A stretch of 64,000 nucleotides of DNA from Rebecca billardiae RCC1528 (Eukaryota > Protista > Haptophyta). Each line of letters opens with the position of its first letter. Position 1 is the stretch's first letter. This document shows, piece after piece, positions 14,901 to 26,900 of the stretch. A program made the translations under genes and the position numbers. The stretch lies in the NCBI GenBank assembly GCA_965240325.2, contig OZ251253.1:62001-126000 (forward strand), in the 5' to 3' direction. Below the pieces are notes generated by a model. It did not search any database. It had not been told where the DNA came from and saw nothing but the letters and a program-made list of their open reading frames with translations.

Positions 14901-17900
14901 GGCGGTGAGGGCGGCGGGTCGGGCGGCGACGGCGGCGGCGATGGCGGTGGAGAGAGCGGCGACGGCGGGAATGGCGGTGCATTGGGCGGGGACGCTGGCG
15001 GCGGCGACGGCGGCACGTGCGCGCGCGGCACCGAGACCACGTCCACGCCGAGCGCAGCCGACAGCTCCTCCAGGCTCGCCGGCGCCGTCTCGGAGGCGCC
15101 CGGCGCAAGCTCTGCGATCGGGTCGACGGCCGTCTCGCCGAGTGACGGCTCGGTCGTCACGCGGATCACCACGTCGAGCTCGCCGCCCGTCGTGCTCGCC
15201 GTGCTCTCCACGCTCAGCCGCGACGCGTCCACGCCCAGCTCGTCCGCGAGCGCCTCGAGCAGGGCAGCGCTCTGCTCGCTGAACACAGCCTCCGTCGTGC
15301 CCAGCGTCAGCCGCACGAACGTCTCAGCCACCAGCGGCGGCGGCGGCGGCGCACTGGGCATGGGCGGCGGCGAGGGCGATATCCGGCGCACGGGCGTGTC
15401 GAGCACGATCACGCCCAGCGACGTCGACAGCTCCGCCAGGCTCGCCACCGAGTCAGCCGACGCCCCTGGCGTGAGCTGCGCCGCTGCATTCACTGCCGTC
15501 TCGCCAGCCTCCTCGTCCGTCGTCACCTTGAGCAGCACGCTCAGGCTGCCGTCCTCGTTCGGCTCGAGCACGTCGATGTCCACGCGCGATGCGTCCACGC
15601 CGAGCTCGGCAGCCATCGCCGACAGAAGGTCGCCGCTGAGCACGGCAAAATCCTCCGCGGACACGTCCAGGCGCAGCTCCACGTACTCCGTCGTCGCAGA
15701 GCCCGGCGGCGGAGACGGCGGCGACGGCGGCGGGTCGGGCGGCGACGGCGGCGGCAATGGCGGTGGAGAGAGCGGCGACGGCGGGAATGGCGGCGCATTG
15801 GGCGGGGACGCTGGCGGCGGCGACGGCGGCACGTGCGCGCGTGGCACCGAGACCACGTCCACGCCGAGCGCAGCCGACAGCTCCTCCAGGCTCGCCGGCG
15901 CCGTCTCGGAGGCGCCCGGCGCAAGCTCTGCGATCGGGTCGACGGCGGTCTCGCCGAGTGACGGCTCGGTCGTCACGCGGATCACCACGTCGAGCTCGCC
16001 GCCCGTCGTGCTCGCCGTGCTCTCCACACTCAGCCGCGACGCGTCCACGCCCAGCTCGTCCGCGAGCGCCTCGAGCAGGGCAGCGCTCTGCTCGCTGAAC
16101 GCAGCCTCCGTCGTGCCCAGCGTCAGCCGCACGAACGTCTCAGCCACCAGCGGCGGCGGCGGCGGCGCGCTCGGCACGGGCGGGGGCGAGGGCGATATCC
16201 GGCTCACGGGCGTGTCGAGCACCACCACGCCCAGCGACGCCGACAGCTCCGCCAGGCTCGCCACCGAGTCAGCCGACGCCCCTGGCGTGAGCTGCGCTGC
16301 TGCATTCACTGCCGTCTCGCCAGCCTCCTCGTCCGTCGTCACCTTGAGCAGCACGCTCAGGCTGCCGTCCTCGTTCGGCTCGAGCACGTCGATGTCCACG
16401 CGCGATGGGTCCACGCCGAGCTCGGCAGCCATCGCCGACAGAAGGTCGCCGCTGAGCACGGCAAAATCCTCCGCGGACACTTCCAGGCGCAGCTCCACGT
16501 ACTCCGTCGTCGCAGAGCCCGGCGGCGGAGATGGCGGAGAGGGCGGCGGGTCGGGCGGCGACGGCGGCGGCGAGGGCGGTGGAGAGAGCGGCGACGGCGG
16601 GAATGGCGGCGCATTGGGCGGGGACGCCGGCGGCGGCGACGGCGGCACGTGCGCGCGCGGCGCCGAGACCACGTCCACGCCGAGCACAGCCGACAGCTCC
16701 TCCAGGCTCGCCGGCGCCGTCTCGGAGGCGCCCGGCGCGAGCTCTGCGATCGGGTCGACGGCGGTCTCGCCGAGTGACGGCTCGGTCGTCACGCGGATCA
16801 CCACGTCGAGCTCGCCGCCCGTCGTGCTCGCCGTGCTCTCCACGCTCAGCCGCGACGCATCCACGCCCAGCTCGTCCGCGAGCGCCTCGAGCAGGGCAGC
16901 GCTCTGCTCGCTGAACGCAGCCTCCGTCGTGCCCAGCGTCAGCCGCACGAACGTCTCAGCCACCAGCGGCGGCGGCGGCGGCGCGCTCGGCACGGGCGGG
17001 GGCGAGGGCGATATCCGGCTCACGGGCGTGTCGAGCACCACCACGCCCAGCGACGCCGACAGCTCCGCCAGGCTCGCCACCGAGTCAGCCGACGCCCCTG
17101 GCGTGAGCTGCGCTGCTGCATTCACTGCCGTCTCGCCAGCCTCCTCGTCCGTCGTCACCTTGAGCAGCACGCTCAGGCTGCCGTCCTCGTTCGGCTCGAG
17201 CACGTCGATGTCCACGCGCGATGGGTCCACGCCGAGCTCGGCAGCCATCGCCGACAGAAGGTCGCCGCTGAGCACGGCAAAATCCTCCGCGGACACGTCC
17301 AGGCGCAGCTCCACGTACTCCGTCGTCGCAGAGCCCGGCGGCGGCGACGGCGGTGAGGGCGGCGGGTCGGGCGGCGACGGCGGCGGCGATGGCGGTGGAG
17401 AGAGCGGCGACGGCGGGAATGGCGGTGCATTGGGCGGGGACGCTGGCGGCGGCGACGGCGGCACGTGCGCGCGCGGCACCGAGACCACGTCCACGCCGAG
17501 CGCAGCCGACAGCTCCTCCAGGCTCGCCGGCGCCGTCTCGGAGGCGCCCGGCGCCAACTCCACGATCGGGTCGACGGCGGTCTCGCCGAGTGACGGCTCG
17601 GTCGTCACGCGGATCACCACGTCGAGCTCGCCGCCCGTCGTGCTCGCCGTGCTCTCCACGCTCAGCCGCGACGCGTCCACGCCCAGCTCGTCCGCGAGCG
17701 CCTCGAGCAGGGCAGCGCTCTGCTCGCTGAACGCAGCCTCCGTCGTGCCCAGCGTCAGCCGCACGAACGTCTCAGCCACCAGCGGCGGCGGCGGCGGCGC
17801 GCTGGGCACGGGCGGGGGCGAGGGCGATATCCGGCTCACGGGCGTGTCGAGCACCACCACGCCCAGCGACGCCGACAGCTCCGCCAGGCTCGCCACCGAA

Positions 17901-20900
17901 TCAGCCGACGCCCCTGGCGTGAGCTGCGCCGCTGCATTCACTGCCGTCTCGCCAGCCTCCTCGTCCGTCGTCACCTTGAGCAGCACGCTCAGGCTGCCGT
18001 CCTCGTTCGGCTCGAGCACGTCGATGTCCACGCGCGATGGGTCCACGCCGAGCTCGGCAGCCATCGCCGACAGAAGGTCGCCGCTGAGCACGGCAAAATC
18101 CTCCGCGGACACGTCCAGGCGCAGCTCCACGTACTCCGTCGTCGCAGAGCCCGGCGGCGGCGACGGCGGTGAGGGCGGCGGGTCGGGCGGCGACGGCGGC
18201 GGCGATGGCGGTGGAGAGAGCGGCGACGGCGGGAATGGCGGTGCATTGGGCGGGGACGCTGGCGGCGGCGACGGCGGCACGTGCGCGCGCGGCACCGAGA
18301 CCACGTCCACGCCGAGCGCAGCCGACAGCTCCTCCAGGCTCGCCGGCGCCGTCTCGGAGGCGCCCGGCACCAACTCCGCGATCGGGTCGACGGCGGTCTC
18401 GCCGAGTGACGGCTCGGTCGTCACGCGGATCACCACGTCGAGCTCGCCGCCCGTCGTGCTCGCCGTGCTCTCCACGCTCAGCCGCGACGCGTCCACGCCC
18501 AGCTCGTCCGCGAGCGCCTCGAGCAGGGCAGCGCTCTGCTCGCTGAACGCAGCCTCCGTCGTGCCCAGCGTCAGCCGCACGAACGTCTCAGCCACCAGCG
18601 GCGGCGGCGGCGGCGCACTGGGCATGGGCGGCGGCGAGGGCGATATCCGGCGCACGGGCGTGTCGAGCACCACCACGCCCAGCGACGCCGACAGCTCCGC
18701 CAGGCTCGCCACCGAGACAGCCGACGCCCCTGGCGTGAGCAGCGCCGCTGCATTCACTGCCGTCTCGCCAGCCTCCTCGTCCGTCGTCACCTTGAGCAGC
18801 ACGCTCAGGCTGCCGTCCTCGTTCGGCTCGAGCACGTCGATGTCCACGCGCGATGGGTCCACGCCGAGCTCGGCAGCCATCACCGACAGAAGGTCGCCGC
18901 TGAGCACGGCAAAATCCTCCGCGGACACGTCCAGGCGCAGCTCCACGTACTCCGTCGTCGCAGAGCCCGGCGGCGGAGACGGCGGAGAGGGCGGCGGGTC
19001 GGGCGGCGACGGCGGCGGCGATGGCGGTGGGGAGAGCGGCGACGGCGGGGCTGGCGGCGCATTGGGCGGGGACGCTGGCGGCGGCGACGGCGGCACGTGC
19101 GCGCGCGGCACCGAGACCACGTCCACGCCGAGCGCAGCCGACAGCTCCTCCAGGCTCGCCGGCGCCGTCTCGGAGGCGCCCGGCGCAAGCTCTGCGATCG
19201 GGTCGACGGCCGTCTCGCCGAGTGACGGCTCGGTCGTCACGCGGATCACCACGTCGAGCTCGCCGCCCGTCGTGCTCGCCGTGCTCTCCACGCTCAGCCG
19301 CGACGCGTCCACGCCCAGCTCGTCCGCGAGCGCCTCGAGCAGGGCAGCGCTCTGCTCGCTGAACACAGCCTCCGTCGTGCCCAGCGTCAGCCGCACGAAC
19401 GTCTCAGCCACCAGCGGCGGCGGCGGCGGCGCACTGGGCATGGGCGGCGGCGAGGGCGATATCCGGCGCACGGGCGTGTCGAGCACGATCACGCCCAGCG
19501 ACGCCGACAGCTCCGCCAGGCTCGCCACCGAGTCAGCCGACGCCCCTGGCGTGAGCAGCGCCGCTGCATTCACTGCCGTCTCGCCAGCCTCCTCGTCCGT
19601 CGTCACCTTGAGCAGCACGCTCAGGCTGCCGTCCTCGTTCGGCTCGAGCACGTCGATGTCCACGCGCGATGGGTCCACGCCGAGCTCGGCAGCCATCGCC
19701 GACAGAAGGTCGCCGCTGAGCACGGCAAAATCCTCCGCGGACACGTCCAGGCGCAGCTCCACGTACTCCGTCGTCGCAGAGCCCGGCGGCGGAGACGGCG
19801 GAGACGGCGGCGGGTCGGGCGGCGACGGCGGCGGCGATGGCGGTGGAGAGAGCGGCGACGGCGGGAATGGCGGCGCATTGGGCGGGGACGCTGGCGGCGG
19901 CGACGGCGGCACGTGCGCGCGCGGCACCGAGACCACGTCCACGCCGAGCGCAGCCGACAGCTCCTCCAGGCTCGCCGGCGCCGTCTCGGAGGCGCCCGGC
20001 GCAAGCTCTGCGATCGGGTCGACGGCGGTCTCGCCGAGTGACGGCTCGGTCGTCACGCGGATCACCACGTCGAGCGCGCCGCCCGTCGTGCTCGCCGTGC
20101 TCTCCACGCTCAGCCGCGACGCGTCCACGCCCAGCTCGTCCGCGAGCGCCTCGAGCAGGGCAGCGCTCTGCTCGCTGAACGCAGCCTCCGTCGTGCCCAG
20201 CGTCAGCCGCACGAACGTCTCAGCCACCAGCGGCGGCGGCGGCGGCGCACTGGGCATGGGCGGCGGCGAGGGCGGTACCCGGCTCACGGGCGTGTCGAGC
20301 ACGATCACGCCCAGCGACGCCGACAGCTCCGCCAGGCTCGCCACCGAGTCAGCCGACGCCCCTGGCGTGAGCTGCGCTGCTGCATTCACTGCCGTCTCGC
20401 CAGCCTCCTCGTCCGTCGTCACCTTGAGCAGCACGCTCAGGCTGCCGTCCTCGTTCGGCTCGAGCACGTCGATGTCCACGCGCGATGGGTCCACGCCGAG
20501 CTCGGCAGCCATCGCCGACAGAAGGTCGCCGCTGAGCACGGCAAAATCCTCCGCGGACACGTCCAGGCGCAGCTCCACGTACTCCGTCGTCGCAGAGCCC
20601 GGCGGCGGCGACGGCGGTGAGGGCGGCGGGTCGGGCGGCGATGGAGGCGGCGATGGCGGTGGGGAGAGCGGCGCCGGGGGGGCTGGCGGTGCATTGGGCG
20701 GGGACGCTGGCGGCGGCGACGGCGGCACGTGCGCGCGCGGCACCGAGACCACGTCCACGCCGAGCGCAGCCGACAGCTCCTCCAGGCTCGCCGGCGCCGT
20801 CTCGGAGGCGCCCGGCGCAAGCTCCGCGATCGGGTCGACGACCGACTCGCCCAGTGGCGGCTGGGTCGTCACGCGGATCACCACGTCGAGCTCGCCGCCC

Positions 20901-23900
20901 GTCGTGCCCGCCGTGCTCTCCACGCTCAGCCGCGACGCGTCCACGCCCAGCTCGTCCGCGAGCGCCTCGAGCAGGGCAGCGCTCTGCTCGCTGAACGCAG
21001 CCTCCGTCGTGCCCAGCGTCAGCCGCACGAACGTCTCAGCCACCAGCGGCGGCGGCGGCGGCGCGCTCGGCACGGGCGGGGGCGAGGGCGATATCCGGCT
21101 CACGGGCGTGTCGAGCACCACCACGCCCAGCGACGTCGACAGCTCCGCCAGGCTCGCCACCGAGACAGCCGACGCCCCTGGCGTGAGCAGCGCTGCTGCA
21201 TTCACTGCCGTCTCGCCAGCCTCCTCGTCCGTCGTCACCTTGAGCAGCACGCTCAGGCTGCCGTCCTCGTTCGGCTCGAGCACGTCGATGTCCACGCGCG
21301 ATGGGTCCACGCCGAGCTCGGCAGCCATCGCCGACAGAAGGTCGCCGCTGAGCACGGCAAAATCCTCCGCGGACACGTCCAGGCGCAGCTCCACGTACTC
21401 CGTCGTCGCAGAGCCCGGCGGCGGCGACGGCGGTGAGGGCGGCGGGTCGGGCGGCGACGGCGGCGGCGATGGCGGTGGAGAGAGCGGCGACGGCGGGAAT
21501 GGCGGCGCATTGGGCGGGGACGCCGGCGGCGGCGACGGCGGCACGTGCGCGCGCGGCACCGAGACCACGTCCACGCCGAGCGCAGCCGACAGCTCCTCCA
21601 GGCTCGCCGGCGCCGTCTCGGAGGCGCCCGGCGCGAGCTCTGCGATCGGGTCGACAACCGTCTCGCCGAGTGACGGCTCGGTCGTCACGCGGATCACCAC
21701 GTCGAGCGCGCCGCCCGTCGTGCTCGCCGTGCTCTCCACGCTCAGCCGCGACGCGTCCACGCCCAGCTCGTCCGCGAGCGCCTCAAGCAGGGCAGCGCTC
21801 TGCTCGCTGAACGCAGCCTCCGTCGTGCCCAGCGTCAGCCGCACGAACGTCTCAGCCACCAGCGGCGGCGGCGGCGGCGCACTCGGCACGGGCGGAGGCG
21901 AGGGCGATATCCGGCTCACGGGCGTGTCGAGCACCACCACGCCCAGCGACGTCGACAGCTCCGCCAGGCTCGCCACCGAGTCAGCCGACGCCCCTGGCGT
22001 GAGCAGCGCTGCTGCATTCACTGCCGTCTCGCCAGCCTCCTCGTCCGTCGTCACCTTGAGCAGCACGCTCAGGCTGCCGTCCTCGTTCGGCTCGAGCACG
22101 TCGATGTCCACGCGCGATGCGTCCACGCCGAGCTCGGCAGCCATCGCCGACAGAAGGTCGCCGCTGAGCACGGCAAAATCCTCCGCGGACACGTCCAGGC
22201 GCAGCTCCACGTACTCCGTCGTCGCAGAGCCCGGCGGCGGAGACGGCGGAGAGGGCGGCGGGTCGGGCGGCGACGGCGGCGGCGAAGGTGGCGGCGGCCG
22301 GAGAGGCGGAGAGCTCGGCGGCATCAAGGGTGGAGGAGATGGCGGCACGTGCGCGCGCGGCACCGAGACCACGTCCACGCCGAGCGCAGCCGACAGCTCC
22401 TCCAGGCTCGCCGGCGCCGTCTCGGAGGCGCCCGGCGCGAGCTCCGCGATCGGGTCGACGGCGGTCTCGCCGAGTGACGGCTCGGTCGTCACGCGGATCA
22501 CCACGTCGAGCTCGCCGCCCGTTGTGCTCGCCGTGCTCTCCACGCTCAGCCGCGACGCGTCCACGCCCAGCTCGTCCGCGAGCGCCTCGAGCAGGGCAGC
22601 GCTCTGCTCGCTGAACGCAGCCTCCGTCGTGCCCAGCGTCAGCCGCACGAACGTCTCAGCCGCCAGCGGCGGCGGCGGCGGCGCGCTCGGCACGGGCGGC
22701 GGGGACGGTGGCGTGAAGGACCGCGGCAGCTCGACGACGGTGACCCCGAGGCTCTGCGAGAGCGCCTCGAGCGTAGCTGGCGAGCTCGGCGTGGCGCCCG
22801 GCGTGAGCTGTCCGACTGCGTCCACTGGCTGCTCGCCCGCCTCCGGGTCTGTGCTCACGCGCACGACCACGCTCAGCGTGCCGTCCTCGTTGGGAACGAG
22901 CTGGTTGACGCTCACGCGCGCCTCGTCCACGCCCAGCGTCTCCGCGATCGCGCCCAGCACGATGTGGCTGTCCACCGCGAAGTCCTCCGCGCTCACGTCG
23001 AGCGTGAGCTCCACGTACTCGTTGGCCGCGAGCGAGGGCGGCGGCGACGGCGGCGACGGCGGCGGGTCGGGCGGCGACGGCGGCGGCGCCGGCGGCGGCG
23101 GTGGCGGCGCTCGGGGCGGGACGGACGGCGGCGACGGCGGCGGCGACGGCGGCACGTGCGCGCGCGGCACCGAGACCACGTCCACGCCGAGCGCAGCCGA
23201 CAGCTCCTCCAGGCTCGCCGGCGCCGTCTCGGAGGCGCCCGGCGCAAGCACGGCGGCGAGGTCGACGAGCGGCTCCCCGGCGCCCCCGCCCGCGCCCGTC
23301 TCCGCGACGAGCTTGAGCACCACGCGCACCAGCCCCTCGTCCGTGATCGTCACGCCCTCGACGCTCAGCCGCCCGACGTCCACGCCCAGCTGCGCGCCGA
23401 TCGTGGCCAGCATCGCGACGCTCGCGTTGCCGAACGCGTCGAGGGTGGTGTTGAGCGTGAGCGCCGCGTACGACTCGGCCGAGAGGTCCGGCGGCGGCGA
23501 GGGCGGCGACGGGGGCGACGGGGGCGAGGGCGGCGGCGGCGGCGACGGCGGCGGCGGGGACGACGGCGGCGATGGCGGCGGGAACGGCAGCGTGCGCGGC
23601 GGCGGCGGCGGGCTCGGCGGCGGCGTCGGAGGCGGGGCCCCCGGTGGCGTCGACGGCGGCTGTGGTGGGGAGGCCGGCGGCGGCGGGGACGGTGGCGGCG
23701 TCGGTGGCGGCGGCGACGGCGGCGGCGACGGCGGTCGCGACGGCGGTGGGCTCGGCGGCGGCGACGGCGGCGGTGCAGGCGGCGACGGCGGCGGGAAGGG
23801 CTCGGTGCGCGGCGGCGGCGGCAGGCTCGGCGGGGGAGCCGGCGGCGGCGAGGGAGGCGGGCGCGGCGGGGGCGAGGGCGGCGACGACGGCGGTGCAGGC

Positions 23901-26900
23901 GGGGTGTGCGGCGGGGGCGACGGAATGAACGAGGGCGGCGGGGAAGGCGGTGGCGACGGAGGCGGGCCTGGCGGCGGCGACGGTGGTGGCGGTGACGGTG
24001 GCGGGCTCGGCGGCGGGGAAGGCGGCGGGGAAGGCGGCGGGGAAGGCGGCGGGGAAGGCGGAGGCGAAGGCGGCGGGGAAGGCGGCGGCGATGGCGGCGG
24101 CGGGCTGGGCGGCGGGCTGGGCGGCGGCGAGGGCGGCGGGCTCGGCGGCGGCGAGGGAGGCGGTGGGCTCGGTGGCGGGCTTGGCGGCGGAGATGGCGGC
24201 GGCGACGGTGGCGGGCTGGGCGGCGGGCTCGGCGGTGGCGAGGGCGGCGGGGAAGGCGGTGGCGAGGGCGGCGGGGAAGGCGGCGGGCTCGGTGGCGGCG
24301 AGGGCGGCGGGCTTGGCGGCGGAGATGGCGGCGGCGAAGGCGGCGGGCTGGGCGGCGGGCTGGGCGGCGGGCTCGGCGGCGGCGAAGGCGGCGGGCTCGG
24401 TGGCGGGCTCGGCGGCGGGCTTGGCGGCGGAGATGGAGGCGGCGACGGTGGAGGGCTGGGGGGCGGGCTCGGTGGAGGCGACGGCGGTGGAGACGGAGGC
24501 GGGCTTGGCGGCGGGGACGGGGGCGGGCTGGGCGGCGGGGAAGGCGGCGGCGACGGCGGCGGGATTGGCGGGGGCGATGGAGGCGGGGAAGGCGGCGGGC
24601 TCGGCGGCGGGCTAGGAGGCGGGGACGGCGGCGGGGAAGGCGGCGGACTCGGCGGCGGCGATGGCGGTGGTGATGGCGGCGGCGACGGCGGTGGGCTCGG
24701 CGGCGGGCTCGGCGGCGGGCTAGGAGGTGGGCTCGGCGGCGGGGAAGGCGGCGGACTCGGCGGCGGCGATGGCGGTGGTGATGGCGGCGGCGACGGCGGT
24801 GGGCTCGGCGGTGGGCTCGGCGGCGGGCTCGGCGGCGGGCTAGGAGGCGGGGACGGCGGCGGGGAAGGCGGCGGACTCGGCGGCGGCGATGGCGGTGGTG
24901 ATGGCGGCGGCGACGGCGGTGGGCTCGGCGGCGGGCTCGGCGGCGGGCTAGGAGGTGGGCTCGGCGGCGGGGAAGGCGGCGGACTCGGCGGCGGCGATGG
25001 CGGTGGTGATGGCGGCGGCGACGGCGGTGGGCTCGGCGGTGGGCTCGGCGGCGGGCTCGGCGGCGGGCTAGGAGGCGGGGACGGCGGCGGGGAAGGCGGC
25101 GGACTCGGCGGCGGCGATGGCGGTGGTGATGGCGGCGGCGACGGCGGTGGGCTCGGCGGCGGGCTCGGCGGCGGGCTAGGAGGTGGGCTCGGCGGCGGGG
25201 AAGGCGGCGGACTCGGCGGCGGCGATGGCGGTGGTGATGGCGGCGGCGACGGCGGTGGGCTCGGCGGTGGGCTCGGCGGCGGGCTCGGCGGCGGGCTAGG
25301 AGGCGGGGACGGCGGCGGGGAAGGCGGCGGACTCGGCGGCGGCGATGGCGGTGGTGATGGCGGCGGCGACGGCGGTGGGCTCGGCGGCGGGCTCGGCGGC
25401 GGGCTAGGAGGTGGGCTCGGCGGCGGGGAAGGCGGCGGACTCGGCGGCGGCGATGGCGGTGGTGATGGCGGCGGCGACGGCGGTGGGCTCGGCGGTGGGC
25501 TTGGCGGCGGCGAAGGCGGCGGGCTCGGCGGCGGGCTCGGTGGCGGCGACGGCGGCGGGCTCGGCGGCGGGCTCGGCGGCGGGCTCGGCGGTGGCGACGG
25601 GGGCGGTGACGGTGGCGGGCTCGGCGGAGGCGACGGCGGTGGGCTCGGTGGTGGCGAGGGCGGCGGGCTCGGCGGCGGCGACGGTGGCGGGCTCGGCGGC
25701 GGGCTCGGCGGTGGCGATGGCGGCGGCGACGGCGGTGGGCTCGGCGGTGGCGATGGCGGCGGGCTCGGCGGTGGCGAGGGCGGCGGCGAAGGCGGCGGGC
25801 TCGGCGGCGGCGACGGCGGTGGGCTCGGCGGCGGCGACGGTGGTGGCGAAGGCGGCGGGCTTGGCGGTGGCGAGGGCGGCGGACTCGGCGGCGGGCTCGG
25901 CGGCGGGCTCGGCGGCGGCGAGGGCGGCGGGCTCGGCGGCGGCGACGGAGGCGGCGACGGGGGTGGGCTCGGTGGCGGCGACGGCGGCGGCGACGGAGGC
26001 GGCGACGGCGGCGGACTCGGCGGCGGCGAGGGCGGCGGGCTCGGCGGCGGGCTTGGCGGTGGCGATGGCGGCGGGCTCGGCGGCGGGCTCGGCGGCGGCG
26101 AGGGCGGCGGGCTCGGCGGCGGGCTCGGCGGCGGGCTCGGCGGCGGGCTCGGCGGAGGTGACGGCGGTGGGCTCGGTGGCGGGGATGGCGGTGGGCTCGG
26201 CGGCGGCGATGGCGGCGGGCTCGGCGGCGGCGACGGGGGTGGCGATGGCGGAGGCGACGGGGGCGGGCTCGGCGGTGGCGATGGGGGTGGCGACGGCGGG
26301 GGACTCGGCGGCGGAGACGGCGGCGGGCTCGGCGGTGGCGAGGGAGGCGGCGAAGGCGGCGGGCTCGGCGGTGGCGACGGCGGCGGCGCCGGAGGCGGGC
26401 TCGGTGGGGGCGAAGGTGGCGGGGATGGTGGTGGGCTTGGCGGTGGGCTCGGCGGCGGTGAGGGCGGCGGGCTCGGCGGCGGGCTTGGCGGCGGCGAGGG
26501 CGGCGGGCTCGGTGGTGGGCTGGGCGGGGGCGATGGCGGCGGGCTCGGCGGGGGGCTCGGCGGGGGCGATGGCGGCGGGCTTGGCGGCGGTGACGGTGGC
26601 GGTGACGGTGGCGGGCTCGGAGGTGGGCTCGGTGGCGGGGATGGCGGCGGCGATGGCGGCGGGCTCGGCGGCGGGCTTGGCGGCGGCGACGGTGGTGGCG
26701 ACGGTGGCGGGGAAGGCGGCGGTGACGGTGGCGGTGACGGCGGCGGGCTCGGAGGTGGACTCGGTGGCGGCGAGGGCGGCGGGCTCGGTGGTGGGCTGGG
26801 CGGGGGCGAGGGAGGCGGGCTGGGCGGTGGGCTCGGTGGTGGCGACGGCGGCGGGCTTGGCGGCGGCGAAGGTGGCGGCGACGGCGGCGGGCTGGGCGGT

